NCBI RefSeq assembly: GCF_902713615.1
Contig: NC_052148.1
Coordinates: 202,565,294 to 202,629,293 of the forward strand
Length of the DNA stretch: 64,000 bases
Reading direction: 5' to 3'
Origin: Scyliorhinus canicula
Lineage: Eukaryota
Part shown: in pieces, positions 26,521 to 38,776 of the stretch
Numbering within the stretch: position 1 is the stretch's first letter
How the letters are laid out: each line of letters starts with the position of its first letter
Notes under the pieces: generated by a model
What the model was told of the DNA's origin: nothing
What the model saw: only the letters and a program-made list of their open reading frames with translations
The model's database searches: none
Made by a program: the position numbers and the translations under genes

Positions 26521-26919
26521 TGTTGCATCCTCCCATGTCCAAGTCGGACATCTGGGGCCTCTGCACACAATTTATTGATTGTAGTTTTAATCATCTAGAA
26601 GGAATCACACAGATCATCATCTATCAGCAAACCTCAAGCTCTAAATCATAGAGATTGTAAGGTGGGGACTACAACATAGAAACATACTTAGAAAATAGAA
26701 GCAGGAGGAGGCCATTTGGCCCTTCGAGCCTGTTCCACCATTCATTATGATCATGGCTGATCATCAAGTTTAATACCCTGATCCCGCCTTCCTCCAGGAG
26801 CTATATCTAGTTCCTTCTTGAAATTACACACTTTAGCCTCAACTACTTTCTGTGGCAGTGAATTCCACAGATTCACCACTCTCTGGGTGAAGAAACTTTT
26901 CCTCACCTCAGTCCTAAAA

Positions 26920-27115
26920 GTAAGAAGTCGTACAACACCAGGTTAAAGTCCAACAGGTTTGGTTGGAGTCACTAGCTTTCGGAGCACTGCTCCTTCATCA
27001 GGTGAGTGAGCTGCGCTTCGAAAGTTGGTGATTCAAAACAAAGCTATTGGACTTTAACCTGGTGTTGTAAGGCTTCTTACAGAGCTCACCGCAGTCCAAC
27101 ATCGGGATCTCCACA
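26920..27115 (+). mobile_element. Fold-back Penelope-like mini-element (196 bp)
   Basis: Inverted arms gtaagaagtc...aggttaaagtccaa / ttggactttaacctggtgttgtaag...cttac plus a 3' tail of about 35 nt. TSD tcagtcctaaaa (26908-26919 / 27116-27127). It matches the termini of the GIY-YIG element at 46537-48024. Confidence 0.88.
26969..27005 (-). ncRNA. Minimal type-I hammerhead ribozyme motif
   Basis: Minus strand UCAC-CUGAUGA-A-GGAGC-AGU-GCUCC-GAAA-GC-UA-GUGA, giving stem I, the CUGANGA core, stem II, GAAA and a palindromic AGCU stem III. Confidence 0.8.
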
Positions 27116-27289
27116 TCAGTCCTAAAAGGTTTACCGCTTATCCTCAAACTATGACCACTACGACCCTTTCACTAAGACACCACCCTAAGGGCGGTGGCCT
27201 CGCCCTTTCCTGCCTCTGTAAACGACTTTAGTTCTGCAAGTCTCTGAGGTCTCCTTGCTTATCCTTTTGTGCAAATTGCCTTAATTTCT

Positions 27290-27585
27290 CTCATTAGCAG
27301 TTATGCCTTCAGTGACCAAGGCCCTCAGCTATGGAATTTCCTCCTTAAAGCCACTCAGTCACCCTCTCCTCCTTCATGCTGATCCGTAAAACCTATCTTT
27401 TTTGACAAGCCTTTGTCACCTCTGAATATGCTCTCCGTGACTTAGTGCTGAGCATTGCATCATAAGACAACAAGATGTAGGAACAGAAGTAGGCCATTTG
27501 TTCTTGTTTCATAACAGTCCTGTGAAGCACAGTGGAGTTTTGCGCTCTGTTAAATGTGCTAGATAAATAAAAGCTTATTATTGTT
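27290..27585 (+). mobile_element. L2-type LINE 3' end
   Basis: gccttcag...ggccct...tggaatttcctcc...aaaacctatctttttt...tgtgaagc...aaatgtgctagataaataaaagc, as in 63670-63900. Confidence 0.65.
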
Positions 27586-27829
27586 CTGATAAATGGAGAG
27601 AGCTGCTAGCCTGAAATTCTTCAATAGCTGCAGCTATAACTCATTCTCTGTCAGAACCTCAGAAGTGTAGAACTCGTAAACTCCCTTCCAACTACTAACT
27701 ACAGGCTGTTAAATCCCATGATTGACATCATCCAACCACTACTTTCTTGTTTGTCTCCTCTTCTCCCCACTTGGTATCCCCTGTTCTACGGTCCATGGCC
27801 CTCCACCTACATTTTTCAATGTGTCATTC

Positions 27830-28200
27830 TGGCTCAGTGGGCGACATATTTGCCTCTGAATCAGAACATTGAACTCATGGCCCGGAGCCCCTAACCTCGA
27901 TGGCACTGCGGGAAGTATTGCAGTGTCGGAGGCGCAATCTTCTGGGCAAAATGTTCAAACTGAGTTGGTTGGCAGTCTTCTGTCTGGATGAATAATCAAT
28001 GCCGAACATTAATATGTGAAGCTAGCTCCACAGTCTTCCCCACTGAGCATCACTCAATTAACTGTACGAATGTTAGTGGTTCATCTCCTGTTTTAGATGG
28101 AGACTAAGATGAGGTCCCCGGTCTCCCCTCCCCCAATCTCTGGAAAAAAAACAGATATTTTAGAACATGGCACTAGAACAAAGAGCAGGGGTTGTGCCTT
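27830..28200 (+). mobile_element. Degenerate Deu-domain SINE fragments
   Basis: gggaagtattgcagtgtcggaggcgcaatctt and catggcacta...aagagcagggg resemble 62385-62620. Confidence 0.5.
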
Positions 28201-28216
28201 ATGTCTGCTGCATTGA

Positions 28217-28400
28217 GGGCTGCACAGTGGCGCGGTGGTTAGCACTGCTGCCTACGGCGCTAAGGATCCAGGTTTGATCCCGGCCCCGGGTCACTGTCCG
28301 TGTGGCATTCTCCCCGTGTCTGCGTGGGTCTCACCCTCACAACCCAAAGATGTGCAGGCTCAGTGGATTGGCCACACTATATTGCCCCCTTTGAAAAAAA
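28217..28400 (+). mobile_element. Short A-tailed V-SINE (type 3)
   Basis: tRNA head, cacaacccaaagatgtgc and an A tail. Confidence 0.8.
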
Positions 28401-28601
28401 GTCTGGTGTATGTTCAATGGACAACTCAAGGGTAGGGTTCCGTACAGCTGTCAGACCCTGCTAGTGGTTGACAGTACCCAAAATGAATCCATTTCTCGAG
28501 GTTGCATAATGACAAGACTGCCCAGGCGAGTTGCAATCATTGATCGAAAGGCTAATTTTAAAAACCTTATGAAAGGCTAATCGTCTCTAAACGGATGCAT
28601 T

Positions 28602-29324
28602 GGGCGAAATTCTCCGCCCCCCACGACGGGTGGGAGAATAGCGGGAGGGCCTTCCCGACATTTTTGCCGCCCTCCCGCTATTCTCCCGCCCCCCCGCCGA
28701 AGTCCCGACCCGAATCGCTGCCGCCGTTTTTTTACGGCCGGCAGCGATTCTCAGCTGTTAGATGGGCCGAAGTCCCAGCCCTTTCCGCCGTTTTTACGAA
28801 CGGCAAACACACCTGGTCTTGCCGTTCGTAAAAACGGCGTCACAAACTCGCTATTAATAACCATGGCACCGATTGGCACGGCCGTACCACGGCCGTGCCA
28901 AGGGTGCCATGGGCCCGCGATCGGTGGGCACCGATCGCGGGCAGCGGGCCCGATGCCCGCGCACTACTTGTCCTTCCGCCGCCCCGCAGTATCCATTCGC
29001 GGGGCGGCTGAGGGGCAACCCGGCCCGCGCATGCGCGGGGTTCACGCAAAAACGCGATGACGTCACCCGCGCATGCGCGGGTTTGAGTCTTCCAACCTGC
29101 GCATGCGCGGCTGACGTCATATGACGCGTCAGCCGGCGCTAACTCCGGCAAGCGGGCTTAACGATTTTTGTTAAGCCCGTCTTGCCGGAGCCTACGGCGT
29201 CGGGCTGCTAGCCCCGACCGGGGACCAGAATCGGTCCCCGGTCGGGAAGGGGCACGCTGCCGTAAAACCCGCCCGGGTTTTACGGCAGCTTTACGATTTC
29301 TCCCGTTTTGGGAGAATCTCGCCC
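28602..29324. mobile_element. Young CpG-rich PIF/Harbinger-type MITE
   Basis: TIRs gggcgaaattctcc / ggagaatctcgccc, perfect 3-bp TSD ATT, CpGs largely undecayed. Confidence 0.9.
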
Positions 29325-29761
29325 ATTATTTTTCAAACTCACATTTTGGCTTGGTTTTATGTTGCTTGCTGCACAATTAAACTGAAGAGACAAGAAAAGA
29401 ATAATGGAGCGTACATGAGGCTGGAATGAGAGTGGAATTAGCAATTAACAACAACAACAAAAACACCATTATCTGATCAAAGCTGTACGAGGAACCATTG
29501 AAAGGAAGCAGGGATTAGCATGAGAATAGGCAGGCAGCGGCAAGGTGCACTCATGCTTTCATGAGTAGCTGACACAATTGATAATTCCACAAGCCCATTA
29601 AATTTTAATGAGTGCTTTAACCCTCAATTGGCAACAAGCAGTTGGGCTGTCACCTGGTCCCACGGCTAAGCACCTGCCTTCTTTCAATGATTTTATTTAA
29701 GGAGCCTCCATTTAACAATGAGGTTGAGTAGGAATCAGCACAGCAATTGCCTACAAAACAT

Positions 29762-30071
29762 ATAATAATAATAATCTTTATTAATGTCACAAGTAGGCAT
29801 ACATTAACACTGCAATAACGGTACTGTGAAAATCCCCGAGTCACCACACTCCGCCACCTGTCTGGGTACACCTGAGGGAGAATTCAGAATGTCCAATTCA
29901 CCTTACAGCACGTCTTTCGGGACTTGTGGGAGGAAACCGGAGCACCCGGAGGAAACAACACAGACACAGGGAGAACGTTCAGACTCCGCATAGACAGTGA
30001 CCCAAGCTGGGAATCAAACCTGGGACCCTAGCACTGTGAAGCAAGAGTGCTAACCGCTGTGCTACCGTGCC
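29762..30071 (-). mobile_element. V-SINE type 2
   Basis: Reverse copy of 3374-3695 with an (att)n tail. Confidence 0.88.
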
Positions 30072-30079
30072 ATTAATTG

Positions 30080-30480
30080 GGAATGTTATAGGAGAGACTG
30101 AGTAGACTGGGACAATACTCATTGGGATTTAGAAGAATGAGGGGGATCATATTGAGACATATAAAATTATGAATGGAATAGATAAGATAGAATCAGCGAG
30201 GTTGTTTCCACTGGTGGGTGAAGCTAGAACTAGGGGGCATAGCCTCAAAATAAGCGGGAGCAGATTTAGAACTGAGTTGAGGAGGAACTTCTTCACCCAA
30301 CGGGTTGTGAATCTGTGGAATTCCCTGCCCAGTGAAGCAGTTGAAGCTACCTTGTTGAATGTTTTTAAGGCAAAGGTAGATAGATTTTTGAACAGTAAAG
30401 AAATTAAGGGTTATGGTGAGCGGGTGGGTAAGTGGAGCTGATTCCACAAAAGGATCAGCCTAGTTCTTATGTTCTTTAAT
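30080..30480 (+). mobile_element. CR1 3' fragment
   Basis: RTRGHSLKI...RRNFFTQRVVNLWNSLP. Confidence 0.9.
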
Positions 30481-30556
30481 GTTCACCCAAATTCCCCTTT
30501 ACTTCCCAGAAAAGGAGACTTGTGTGGGAGAGGAGGGAGGTGAAAGTAATCAACAC

Positions 30557-30696
30557 AGGCCAGCAGCATGGTTCGATTCCCGTACCAGCCTCCCCGGACA
30601 GGCGCCGGAATGTGGCGACTAGGGGCTTTTCACAGTAACTTCATTTGAAGCCTACTCGTGACAATAAGCGATTTTCATTTCATTTTTCATTTCATT
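30557..30696 (+). mobile_element. 5'-truncated type-4 SINE
   Basis: Matches 14345-14487. Confidence 0.85.
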
Positions 30697-32817
30697 TAGA
30701 AATATTATATGAAAGTACCAAATTCTGGAATAACAATCAGTCAGCCAGCACTTGAAAGATGGGGTGATTCTTCCAGACTCCTTACTAAAACCCAAGTGCT
30801 TGAGCTGTGTTTTCTACTTTACAGATTGCTGACTTCTCTCTTTATCTCTTTCCAACTATCCGTTGGCTGCTCTGTATAAGAAAATGAAGTGGGTACTTTT
30901 GAGCTTAATTTGTTAGAAAACTCGTGGAACTGAGAAATTTCCAAAAGTCTGTTTGTTATTTGTCGGTGACCAGAGTCGCAACCATCTCGACATTAAAACA
31001 TTCAAAGGGCTCAACAGCCTCACATTCAAAACTGACATTTTTAAAAGGAATATTCTAGAATGGAGGCTGACAAGGAAGTGATTGCACACCTATGCATGTT
31101 ATGCAAAAAAAGTGGGCCATCACACTTCGGGCAAAGAGACTGATAATTTCTGTTTAGTTGAATTTATGTCTAAAGGAAAAGTTGTTCAAAAGATAAAAAG
31201 CTTGTGCGATACAACTGGTGGAAAAATATAACAAATTTACTTTCAATGGGAAAATCCTATTATTTTTAGCCAGTATGGGTTAATGGCACTTGTCCACCAC
31301 ACTGCACAAAGCACACCAGCATCTTGAGCTGGCAGGCATTGTCTCATAGACAGTGGATTGCCTTTCGGTGCCCTTTTTAATTGAAATGACATGTTAAAAC
31401 AAAGGACAGCTTTTCCAGCTGCAGCTGTTAGCTGTATTAAAGCTTACGGCACATCAGACTTGGGAGCTGGGGCGAGGGAGGGACTTACTACTGACAATGA
31501 ATAAAGCCCGTTGGTCTGCACTGATCTCGCTGATATTGTGGACCAACCTCAGTAGAGCCTCTGGGTGGAACCTCAGCATCGCTATTGATGTGGATCGAGT
31601 GAGACACAAATAGCTTACCCACTGTGCTGTGGTAGGTAACATTTATTTATGCAGAGCAATGTGTCACTGAACAGTGTGGGATAAATATGCAAATTTCTGT
31701 TTCTATGCCCTTCTGGCATGCTGACATTCAGCATCTCCCTCTTTGTTCCAGACCCATTTAGGAAGGAAGCTAAACACAATCTACTGATAATTAAAGAGGC
31801 AGTGTCTTTGTGAAAACATATACTGGAAACCTTGGGGAGAGGGAGAGTGACCTGAGTCATTTTAGTCACAACCACATCCCTCACAATGACATGAAACGTG
31901 TCTTGCTTTTGCGAGCAATCGGAGAAAGGATTTTCAAACAGCTTTTCAAGAAGATAGTGCTCCTTTAAAGGGATGTTTATTCTCCACTGGGAGCACCCGA
32001 TCATGTTTTTTTTATAAGGGGAAAGTTATTGTGAGTGCCTTGCCTCACTTAAGATAGGGCTACTGTTTATATATTATTTATTTTAATGCCGCAGAAAAAG
32101 AGCCAATGCTTTAACACTCTGGCTAAGCCACCACTAAACAATTTTATTAATTGCGTTGTATGTAGACGTTTACAAGCCATTGATGTCAAAGGTCATTGTC
32201 GTACATGAATGCTTTGAGTGTTCTTTTCTGTGATCCTGGCCTAGTGCTTGCCTCACCCTACACCTCCACTAATGTGATACTGTGGAGAAGGATGGGGAAA
32301 ATATCTAACAGGGTTGGAGGTACAACCACAAAACCTGTACAATCCCATGGGGCGCCAGTCAGAAGGTCTAAGTGGATGCAGATTAAATAGGTCGCGTTTA
32401 TTATCATTAGGTAGTAAAATGGAGGGGCCCAAAAGCGGACCACACAATGCAAATGTGGCTCTTTATCCATGCTGACCACTTTAATTTTCCAATTTCTGTG
32501 GAGAAAAGCAATTTGGAGAATTTAAATTCCTGCAAATATCTTACCCTCAGCTTATTTCAGTGATTATACAATGTGATTACAATTCGACCAAAGATCGAAT
32601 TCATGCTGCACACAATGGTCACATCACGGTCACGGGATTTTGCCATAATCTTATCCCAGTCTTCCTGCCTGCTTTATCAGAAAAGAGGTGGAGACACTGG
32701 GAGGAGATTGTATTCTTTCTTTAAAAGGGAGTGTAATTAGGATCTCAGTTCACAGTTGGGGCCTCACTTTTGAATTTCTTTTACATAAAGAGGTTGCTTT
32801 GTGGCAGCAGCAGCAGC

Positions 32818-32851
<34 letters not shown>

Positions 32852-33049
32852 CCTTTCCCACATTCTCCTGCTGTTAGTATTTGGATTTCAATGCAGCCTC
32901 TCAGCATTTTCATAGTGGCACCCTTCAGGGGCTGGAAAGAATTTCCTCAACTTGATTAGAGCCCCACTGTTACACAGGGTGTTGTATAAATCAAGGAGGG
33001 AATTGTTTAGCTTTCACCCTATAAGTTACAATCAGTATTTGCAGACTGG

Positions 33050-33260
33050 AGGCCAGTTTAGCTCAGTTGACTAGACAACTGGTTTATGCTGCAGAGGTCA
33101 GCAGTGCGGGTTCAATTCCCGTACCGGCTGAGGTTATTCATGAAGGCCATGCCTGAGGTGTGGTCATCGTCAGGTCAAATCACCACCAGTCAGTTCTCCT
33201 CCTCAAAGGGGAAAGTAGCCTATAGTCATGGGGAACTATTGCGACTTTACCTTTTGCCTT
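33050..33260 (+). mobile_element. tRNA-derived SINE (type 5)
   Basis: A box tagctcagttg, B box ggttcaattccc, tail ctcaaaggggaaag...ctttac. A second copy lies at 45708. Confidence 0.75.
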
Positions 33261-33590
33261 TATTTGCAGGCACATGTCAGTGATTGTGATCAGGTGACTG
33301 TCTATTTACACCACTGTAAAAGATGGGTTCATTGCACTTGGATGCTAATTTGGGTCCTTTGCTGTTTTGCTGACTGCTTGAGGATCTTCCTTCAGGGACA
33401 GAGCAGCCTAAGAGTCATACCACAAATTTATATTCCCCTTTTGCGAATTTGCGATGTCATAACATTAGTTTCTCAATTAATGTTACTTGCTTAAGGGAGT
33501 TCAGTTCTTAGACCAATTAAAGGAACTGGAAGTATTCTTCCTAACACAGAAAAGGTTAAGGGGAGATTTAAGTAAAATGTTCAACATTAT

Positions 33591-33753
33591 GGGCGGGATT
33601 TGCTGGCTATTCACATCGGTGGGGTATTCAAGTCCCACGGATGGCATATGGGTTTCCCCAATCCCGTTGACGAACGGGGGACCAGAAATTCCCGCTGGCG
33701 AGCTGTGTCCGCTGCTGAAAAACGTGCGGTGGGTTGTTTGGTAAGTTCCGCCC
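33591..33753. mobile_element. Small Harbinger-type MITE in an old CR1 fragment
   Basis: TIRs gggcgggattt / aagttccgccc with TSD TAT. The host reads KRLRGDLSKMFNIM. Confidence 0.8.
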
Positions 33754-34272
33754 TATTAATTTTTTTTGACCACCTGGGAATTATGGGAGGTGAGGCTGCA
33801 GAAGGAAAGTAGAGTATAGGTAGAAGATCAGCCAAGATCTTATTGAATAGGAGAGCAGGCTGGAGGGGCAGAATAGCCTTCTCCTTCTCCATCTTCAGAT
33901 GTATTTCAATAGAGTAAATAAAGAGGAAGTGTTTTATTGAAATGGAGGGTCAGTAACAAGAGGGCACAGATTCAAGATAAATAAGGATCACAGGGAAGAT
34001 GAGGAGACATTGAGCAGGATTTTCCCTTCCCCTGACCAAGTGCTGGGAAAATGGCATTTTCCCTACTGGCCACAATAGCAGGTTTTTGTGCCGGATTGTC
34101 TGCCTCCTACCTCATTACATATTCATCATCAGGAAACATGCCGTATCACCAGCGGGCAGCCTGTGATTCACCTGCCCCACCATAACATCAGTGGTTTATT
34201 GCACTGAGCACCATATTTAAACTGCGCCCGCACATACATCTTTCAAGGCCTGAAACCCGAGATTTCTGCAAG

Positions 34273-34520
34273 ATGACCCACAAGGGGAAGAAACATTCAG
34301 CCCCAAAGTTAACCGATGTCTCATTGGAACATTTACTTGGCACAGCTGAGGTCCGCCAAGACCTTCTGTACCCCCGGCATGGCCCAAGGAGGACCACAAA
34401 GGTAACTGACATGGCTTGGGAGGAGGTATTTGTGGCAGTGAGTGTTAACTCCATCCAGAAGAGATTGGTCATACAGTGTATAGAAACCACATGAATGAGC
34501 CCATCCACATAGTCCGGGTA
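34273..34520 (+). pseudogene. Harbinger Myb/SANT-like accessory protein fragment
   Basis: SAPKLTDVSLEHLLGTAEVRQDLLYP...AWEEVFVAVSVNSIQKRLVIQC, followed by a donor-like g/gtaagt. Confidence 0.75.
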
Positions 34521-34540
34521 AGTTAACCTTCTCATAACTA

Positions 34541-34737
34541 ACTAAATAAAAGCAAATTACCGCGGATGCTGGAATCTGAAACAAAAGAGAAAAAGTTGGA
34601 AAATCTCAGCAAGTCTGGCAGCATCTGCAGGGAGAAAAAAGAGCTAACGTTTCGAGTCCGATGACTCTTTGTCAATTCTTTTCTCTCCCTACAGATGCTG
34701 CCAGACTTGCTGAGATTTTCCAACTTTTTCTCTTTCA
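34541..34737 (-). mobile_element. Fold-back PLE-like mini-element of a second family (197 bp)
   Basis: Inverted arms of about 59 bp (34584-34642 / 34677-34735), a hammerhead-like centre and a 13-bp TSD cttctcataacta. Confidence 0.82.
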
Positions 34738-36543
34738 CTTCTCATAACTAGCTCATCTTCCAGACTGCAAGACTGTGAGTGCAATGTGATGTTTTGGATT
34801 TTGATGCCACGCACTAAATATCTCTACTCTCTTTCATTGGCTGCTCTGCCAAGCACACTTGGGCCACCAAGAACTGCCCCTCATCCCCATCCCCTTGACA
34901 CTCAGATGATGAACCTGGGGATGCAACAAATGAAGATCTATCAGAGTTCACCACACACTCCACCAGGACAGAGACACACACCTCAGTGGGACACGGATCC
35001 AGTGTAGTCTCGGGGTTGCAATCTGCTCTCCACCAGTCTGAGGCAGGGCATCCGAGGTCATCAGCACTCAGAGGACTGCTGGAGGCCACGATTCTGCGTC
35101 TGAGTCAGACGGCAAGCTTGCGGACTTGGTCTTAAGGCAGCCGTTGGAGCTGCAGTGAAAGACAATGGAAGATCCGGCAAAGTTATCAGATGCACTCCAC
35201 AAATTGCAGTGTATGATGGAGGAATCCCTCCACGGTTCGGTCTGAGGTTATAGCGCTGGCATGCCATGGCATGGACAGGAGGGCGGCTGCCATGAAGACA
35301 TTTGTCCAGGATTTAAGTCCAGAAATAGGACCCCATCATTGATGGAATTTATCAGTGGCTACATGAGAGGGGGTCAGGGCACCCTGATATCATTGCCTGT
35401 GCCCCTTCTCCTCAAAGAATCAGCTGGTCAGCTAGGGGCCCTCAGGCACCCACTGGGATGGGGACCAGCAGCCGGACGCCTGGGGCCATCTACCGAGATG
35501 ACTCTGGATGTGTTCAGCCAATTCCAATCCCCTTTGCCTCTGACCCCAGCAACTCCCGCTCTACAGACTGAGGGGTGAACCTGCCTCACAGCAGGTCTGC
35601 CAAAGCAGACCGCAACCCTCCAAGCCTCTACTCTCCAGAGGACCACTAAAGTCAACGCAGACAACAGTGCGTAGAAGTCAGCAGGCTCCATCCACCTCCA
35701 CTGTGAATGTCGAGAAAGCATTAAGACATAACAGCAGGATAAGGAAGATCAAGAAATAGTAAAAGTAACAGTGGCAAGTGTGTTCGCCACATGTATAATA
35801 CTTTCCACCTATGTAAATAAAATTGCACACATTAAACATCTCTTCTTGTGTCTGCCTCCACTGCAGGTTGAGTTGTGTGGTGGTCTATCAGGGAGTACAC
35901 CATGTTCCCTCCCCCCATTTATCACTGATCTCGCATCATATGCCTCAGGTCCCTGTTGTGTGAAGGCATCTCATCACAGTAAGTGTCCCATCTCAGTCCC
36001 CCTCCATGTAAAAAATGCTTGTGCGAGACAACTTGGTGACCAACATTGTGGGTATAAATGATGGTAATTTCTGGTTGCGTAGAATGGAGGTTCAGGTAAT
36101 CCCCAACTCATCTGCATTGTGGTATGTTAGGGTGTAGTGTACAAGGAGAGATGTAGATGTGCAAGGATAAGAATAATATTTTATTTATCTCTATGTACTG
36201 TCTGTCATCCCTGAGGGACTACAATCTAAAAGGCCATACTCAGAAGTCATGCGCACACCTGTCTGCTTTGTGATAATATGGGCAACATTAAATGCAGCCT
36301 CCATTTTCTTCATGTTCTCCTCTTTGTTGGATTATTGATATAAAAACATGAGTTATCAGCAGTCTTCAGTTTCTTTTTCTGTTTCTGACTAGTGAGCGAC
36401 TATTAGTCAATGCAATCGTGACCATGGCTACGAACACACTCAATGTCACAGTTTCCTACCATCAACCCATACCCTGCCCCACCTCAGTAGACCCACTGCC
36501 ATGAGATGGACCTGGTCAGGTGCTTGGATGGCCAGCATTTATT

Positions 36544-36871
36544 CATAGAACATAGAACATACAGTGCAGAAGGAGGCCATTCGTCCCATCGAGTCTGCAC
36601 CGACCCACCTGAGCCCTCACTTCCACCCTATCCCCATAACCCAATAATCCCATCTAACCTTTTTGGTCACTAAGGGCAATTTATCATGGCCAATCCACCT
36701 AACCTGCACGTCTTGGGACTGTGGGAGGGAACCGGAGCACCCGGAGGAAACACACGCAGACACAGGGAGAACCTGCAGACTCCGCACAGACCGTGACTCA
36801 GCAGGGAATCGAACCTGGGACTCTGGTGCTGTGAAGCCACATTGCTATCCACTTGTGCTACCGTGCTGCCC
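36544..36871 (-). mobile_element. HE1-type V-SINE
   Basis: Reverse copy of the 2259-2606 type, with a (catagaa)n tail on the plus strand. Confidence 0.9.
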
Positions 36872-37541
36872 AATATTCCAGCTTACACATTACTCATTCA
36901 GCGGACTGAAGAACTACATTCTTTGCAATACATGAAGGCAGATGCTTTGTGAGGACATGAGATTCTTTTTCGGGGCCTCAGATTTCACTGCCTGAACCTG
37001 GCGGCTATGAGATTCTGAGGTGTTTCCAAAGGCTTCCCCCGCTTGTACAAGTGCCCACTTGTTTTTGCCGTCTCTCCACATAGGGAAATAACCATGATTG
37101 TTGTAAAGTGTTGCTGCACAGAGATCGATAATTTGAACTATTTAAAATTAATCTCACAAGAATGCTCTTTTACATTGATGGTATATTATTGTCACTGTTA
37201 TAACAATGATGCTCCTATCATGTCTCAGCTGTGCAATTCTTCTCATTTGGGAATACAGATTCCAGATGGGTGCCCCTTCAATTGGCCTCCCAATGCAATG
37301 AGGCACTCCTCCCAGGAGCACTAACCGCTCTCCCTGGCAGCGTTGTTTTTAGTTTCATTTTACACTCCTCCACTGCTTCAGGTTCCAAGATGGTGCTCAA
37401 GCTTTATTATCAGACCAACTTCAACCCTCCCTGTACGGCCTTGGAAGTCCCTCCCATCGCCCAGCAACAGCATAACGTTCAGGCTTCCCTCCCTCCTAGA
37501 ACTCTCAGTCCTCCCCTTGTAATCCTTGATCCCATTTTAAT

Positions 37542-37732
37542 TGAAAATGAAAATGAAATGAAAATCGCTTATTGTCACGAGTAGGCTTCAATGAAGTTAC
37601 TGTGAAAAGCCCCTAGTCGCCACATTTCGGCGCCTGTTCGGGGAGGCTGGTACGGGAATTGAACCGTGCTGCTGGCCTGCCTTGGTCTACTTTCAAAGCC
37701 AGCGATTTAGCCCAGTGTGCTAAACCAGCCCC
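37542..37732 (-). mobile_element. Type-4 SINE
   Basis: Reverse copy of 14296-14487. Confidence 0.88.
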
Positions 37733-38400
37733 TTGTGATTGATATTCCTATGTTACCCCGGAGTCATTAAGGTGGATGTTCCTGTGACCCATATAAACCT
37801 CACCCCTCCCCATCCTGAGGCCTACTGTAGCATGAGACCAATGAGTGCCCATCCCTACGCTGCCTGTTGCCAATCTACAGGCACCAGATGCCTCCCCTGA
37901 CTGACTGTGACACCTGCAGCTGACCATGCCCTCTGTGCAACAGACTGGGCACTACTGACAGTGGACAACATGCACCCCCCCCACCCCCCCAGACTAGGAC
38001 AGTCTTTGCAAGCTCAAATAATCAGCTGTCTTGCCGTTCTGACTGGGATTCCCTTGGGACTGTTGTCCTCGACTCTCTTTACTATCTGGCCACAAGATTT
38101 CTTTGCTGTAATCTTCCAAAGTGGTATTTGCAGAATGCATGCATTGTTCTGGTATATCACACACCATTTTGGAGAGGGTGTCAGCACACTTGGAGAGCAT
38201 CTGCCTGACCAAGTGGTTTATGCAGAATTCTTGCAGTCCGGGTAAAGTCTTCATTAACTACTACACTGCTGCCTGTAGACTTGTGAAAGAACCCTGCAAA
38301 CCACCAAACTCTTCAATCAGCAACTAATCAGAAAGTCAATGATGATTCCTTTAAATAACACTGTTGTGGTCCTTCTTGTTGCTGAAAGCATATTTAGCTG

Positions 38401-38629
38401 TGATGCACGATCAATTACACAAAGACGAGAGTTGAATGCAATCAAGGCTTTAATACACTAAGATGTGTGGCCTCCGACAGCAGCTGGCGAAATGACTGCT
38501 GTACGGGGAGCACATATATTTATACTCCACCTACTGGGCGGAGCCAGCAGGCAGGGAACTACCCCCGTACCTGTAGTACAGGGCCTTACCACAAATCACC
38601 TAATATATACATCAGTGGTGACTACCACA
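38401..38629 (-). repeat. 3' LTR of Gypsy A
   Basis: Direct repeat of 43464-43692. The minus strand reads TGTGG...CATCA. Confidence 0.95.
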
Positions 38630-38776
38630 TTCAGCCCCTGTTAAAATTGAGTCCAGCGGGATGGAGGAGAACTATATACAAGTACATGTTTTAAAATACA
38701 GAGAGAAAAAAAATTGAGTTCAGTGGGGTGGAGGAGAATTATACAGAAGGATGATGTTTCAAGAGTCCCGATCAAG

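Larger units (their letters stand above)
26672..27160 (-). mobile_element. CR1 3' end interrupted by a PLE mini-element
   Basis: Tail (catagaaa)n on the plus strand and 'gaattccacagattcaccactctctgggtgaagaaa'. The CR1 sequence continues after 27116. Confidence 0.8.

Noticed and set aside
29654-29750. Possible minus-strand exon (tgttttgtag...ccag/gtgac)
   Set aside because: The acceptor tract is largely supplied by a SINE tail, the peptide is unrecognisable and no partner exon is evident.
32819-32849. Long C/G homopolymers (also 929, 3148, 13468, 17647, 21094, 44453, 62922)
   Set aside because: Most lie inside repeats. Their lengths are unreliable in assemblies and the poly-Pro/Gly translations are artefacts.
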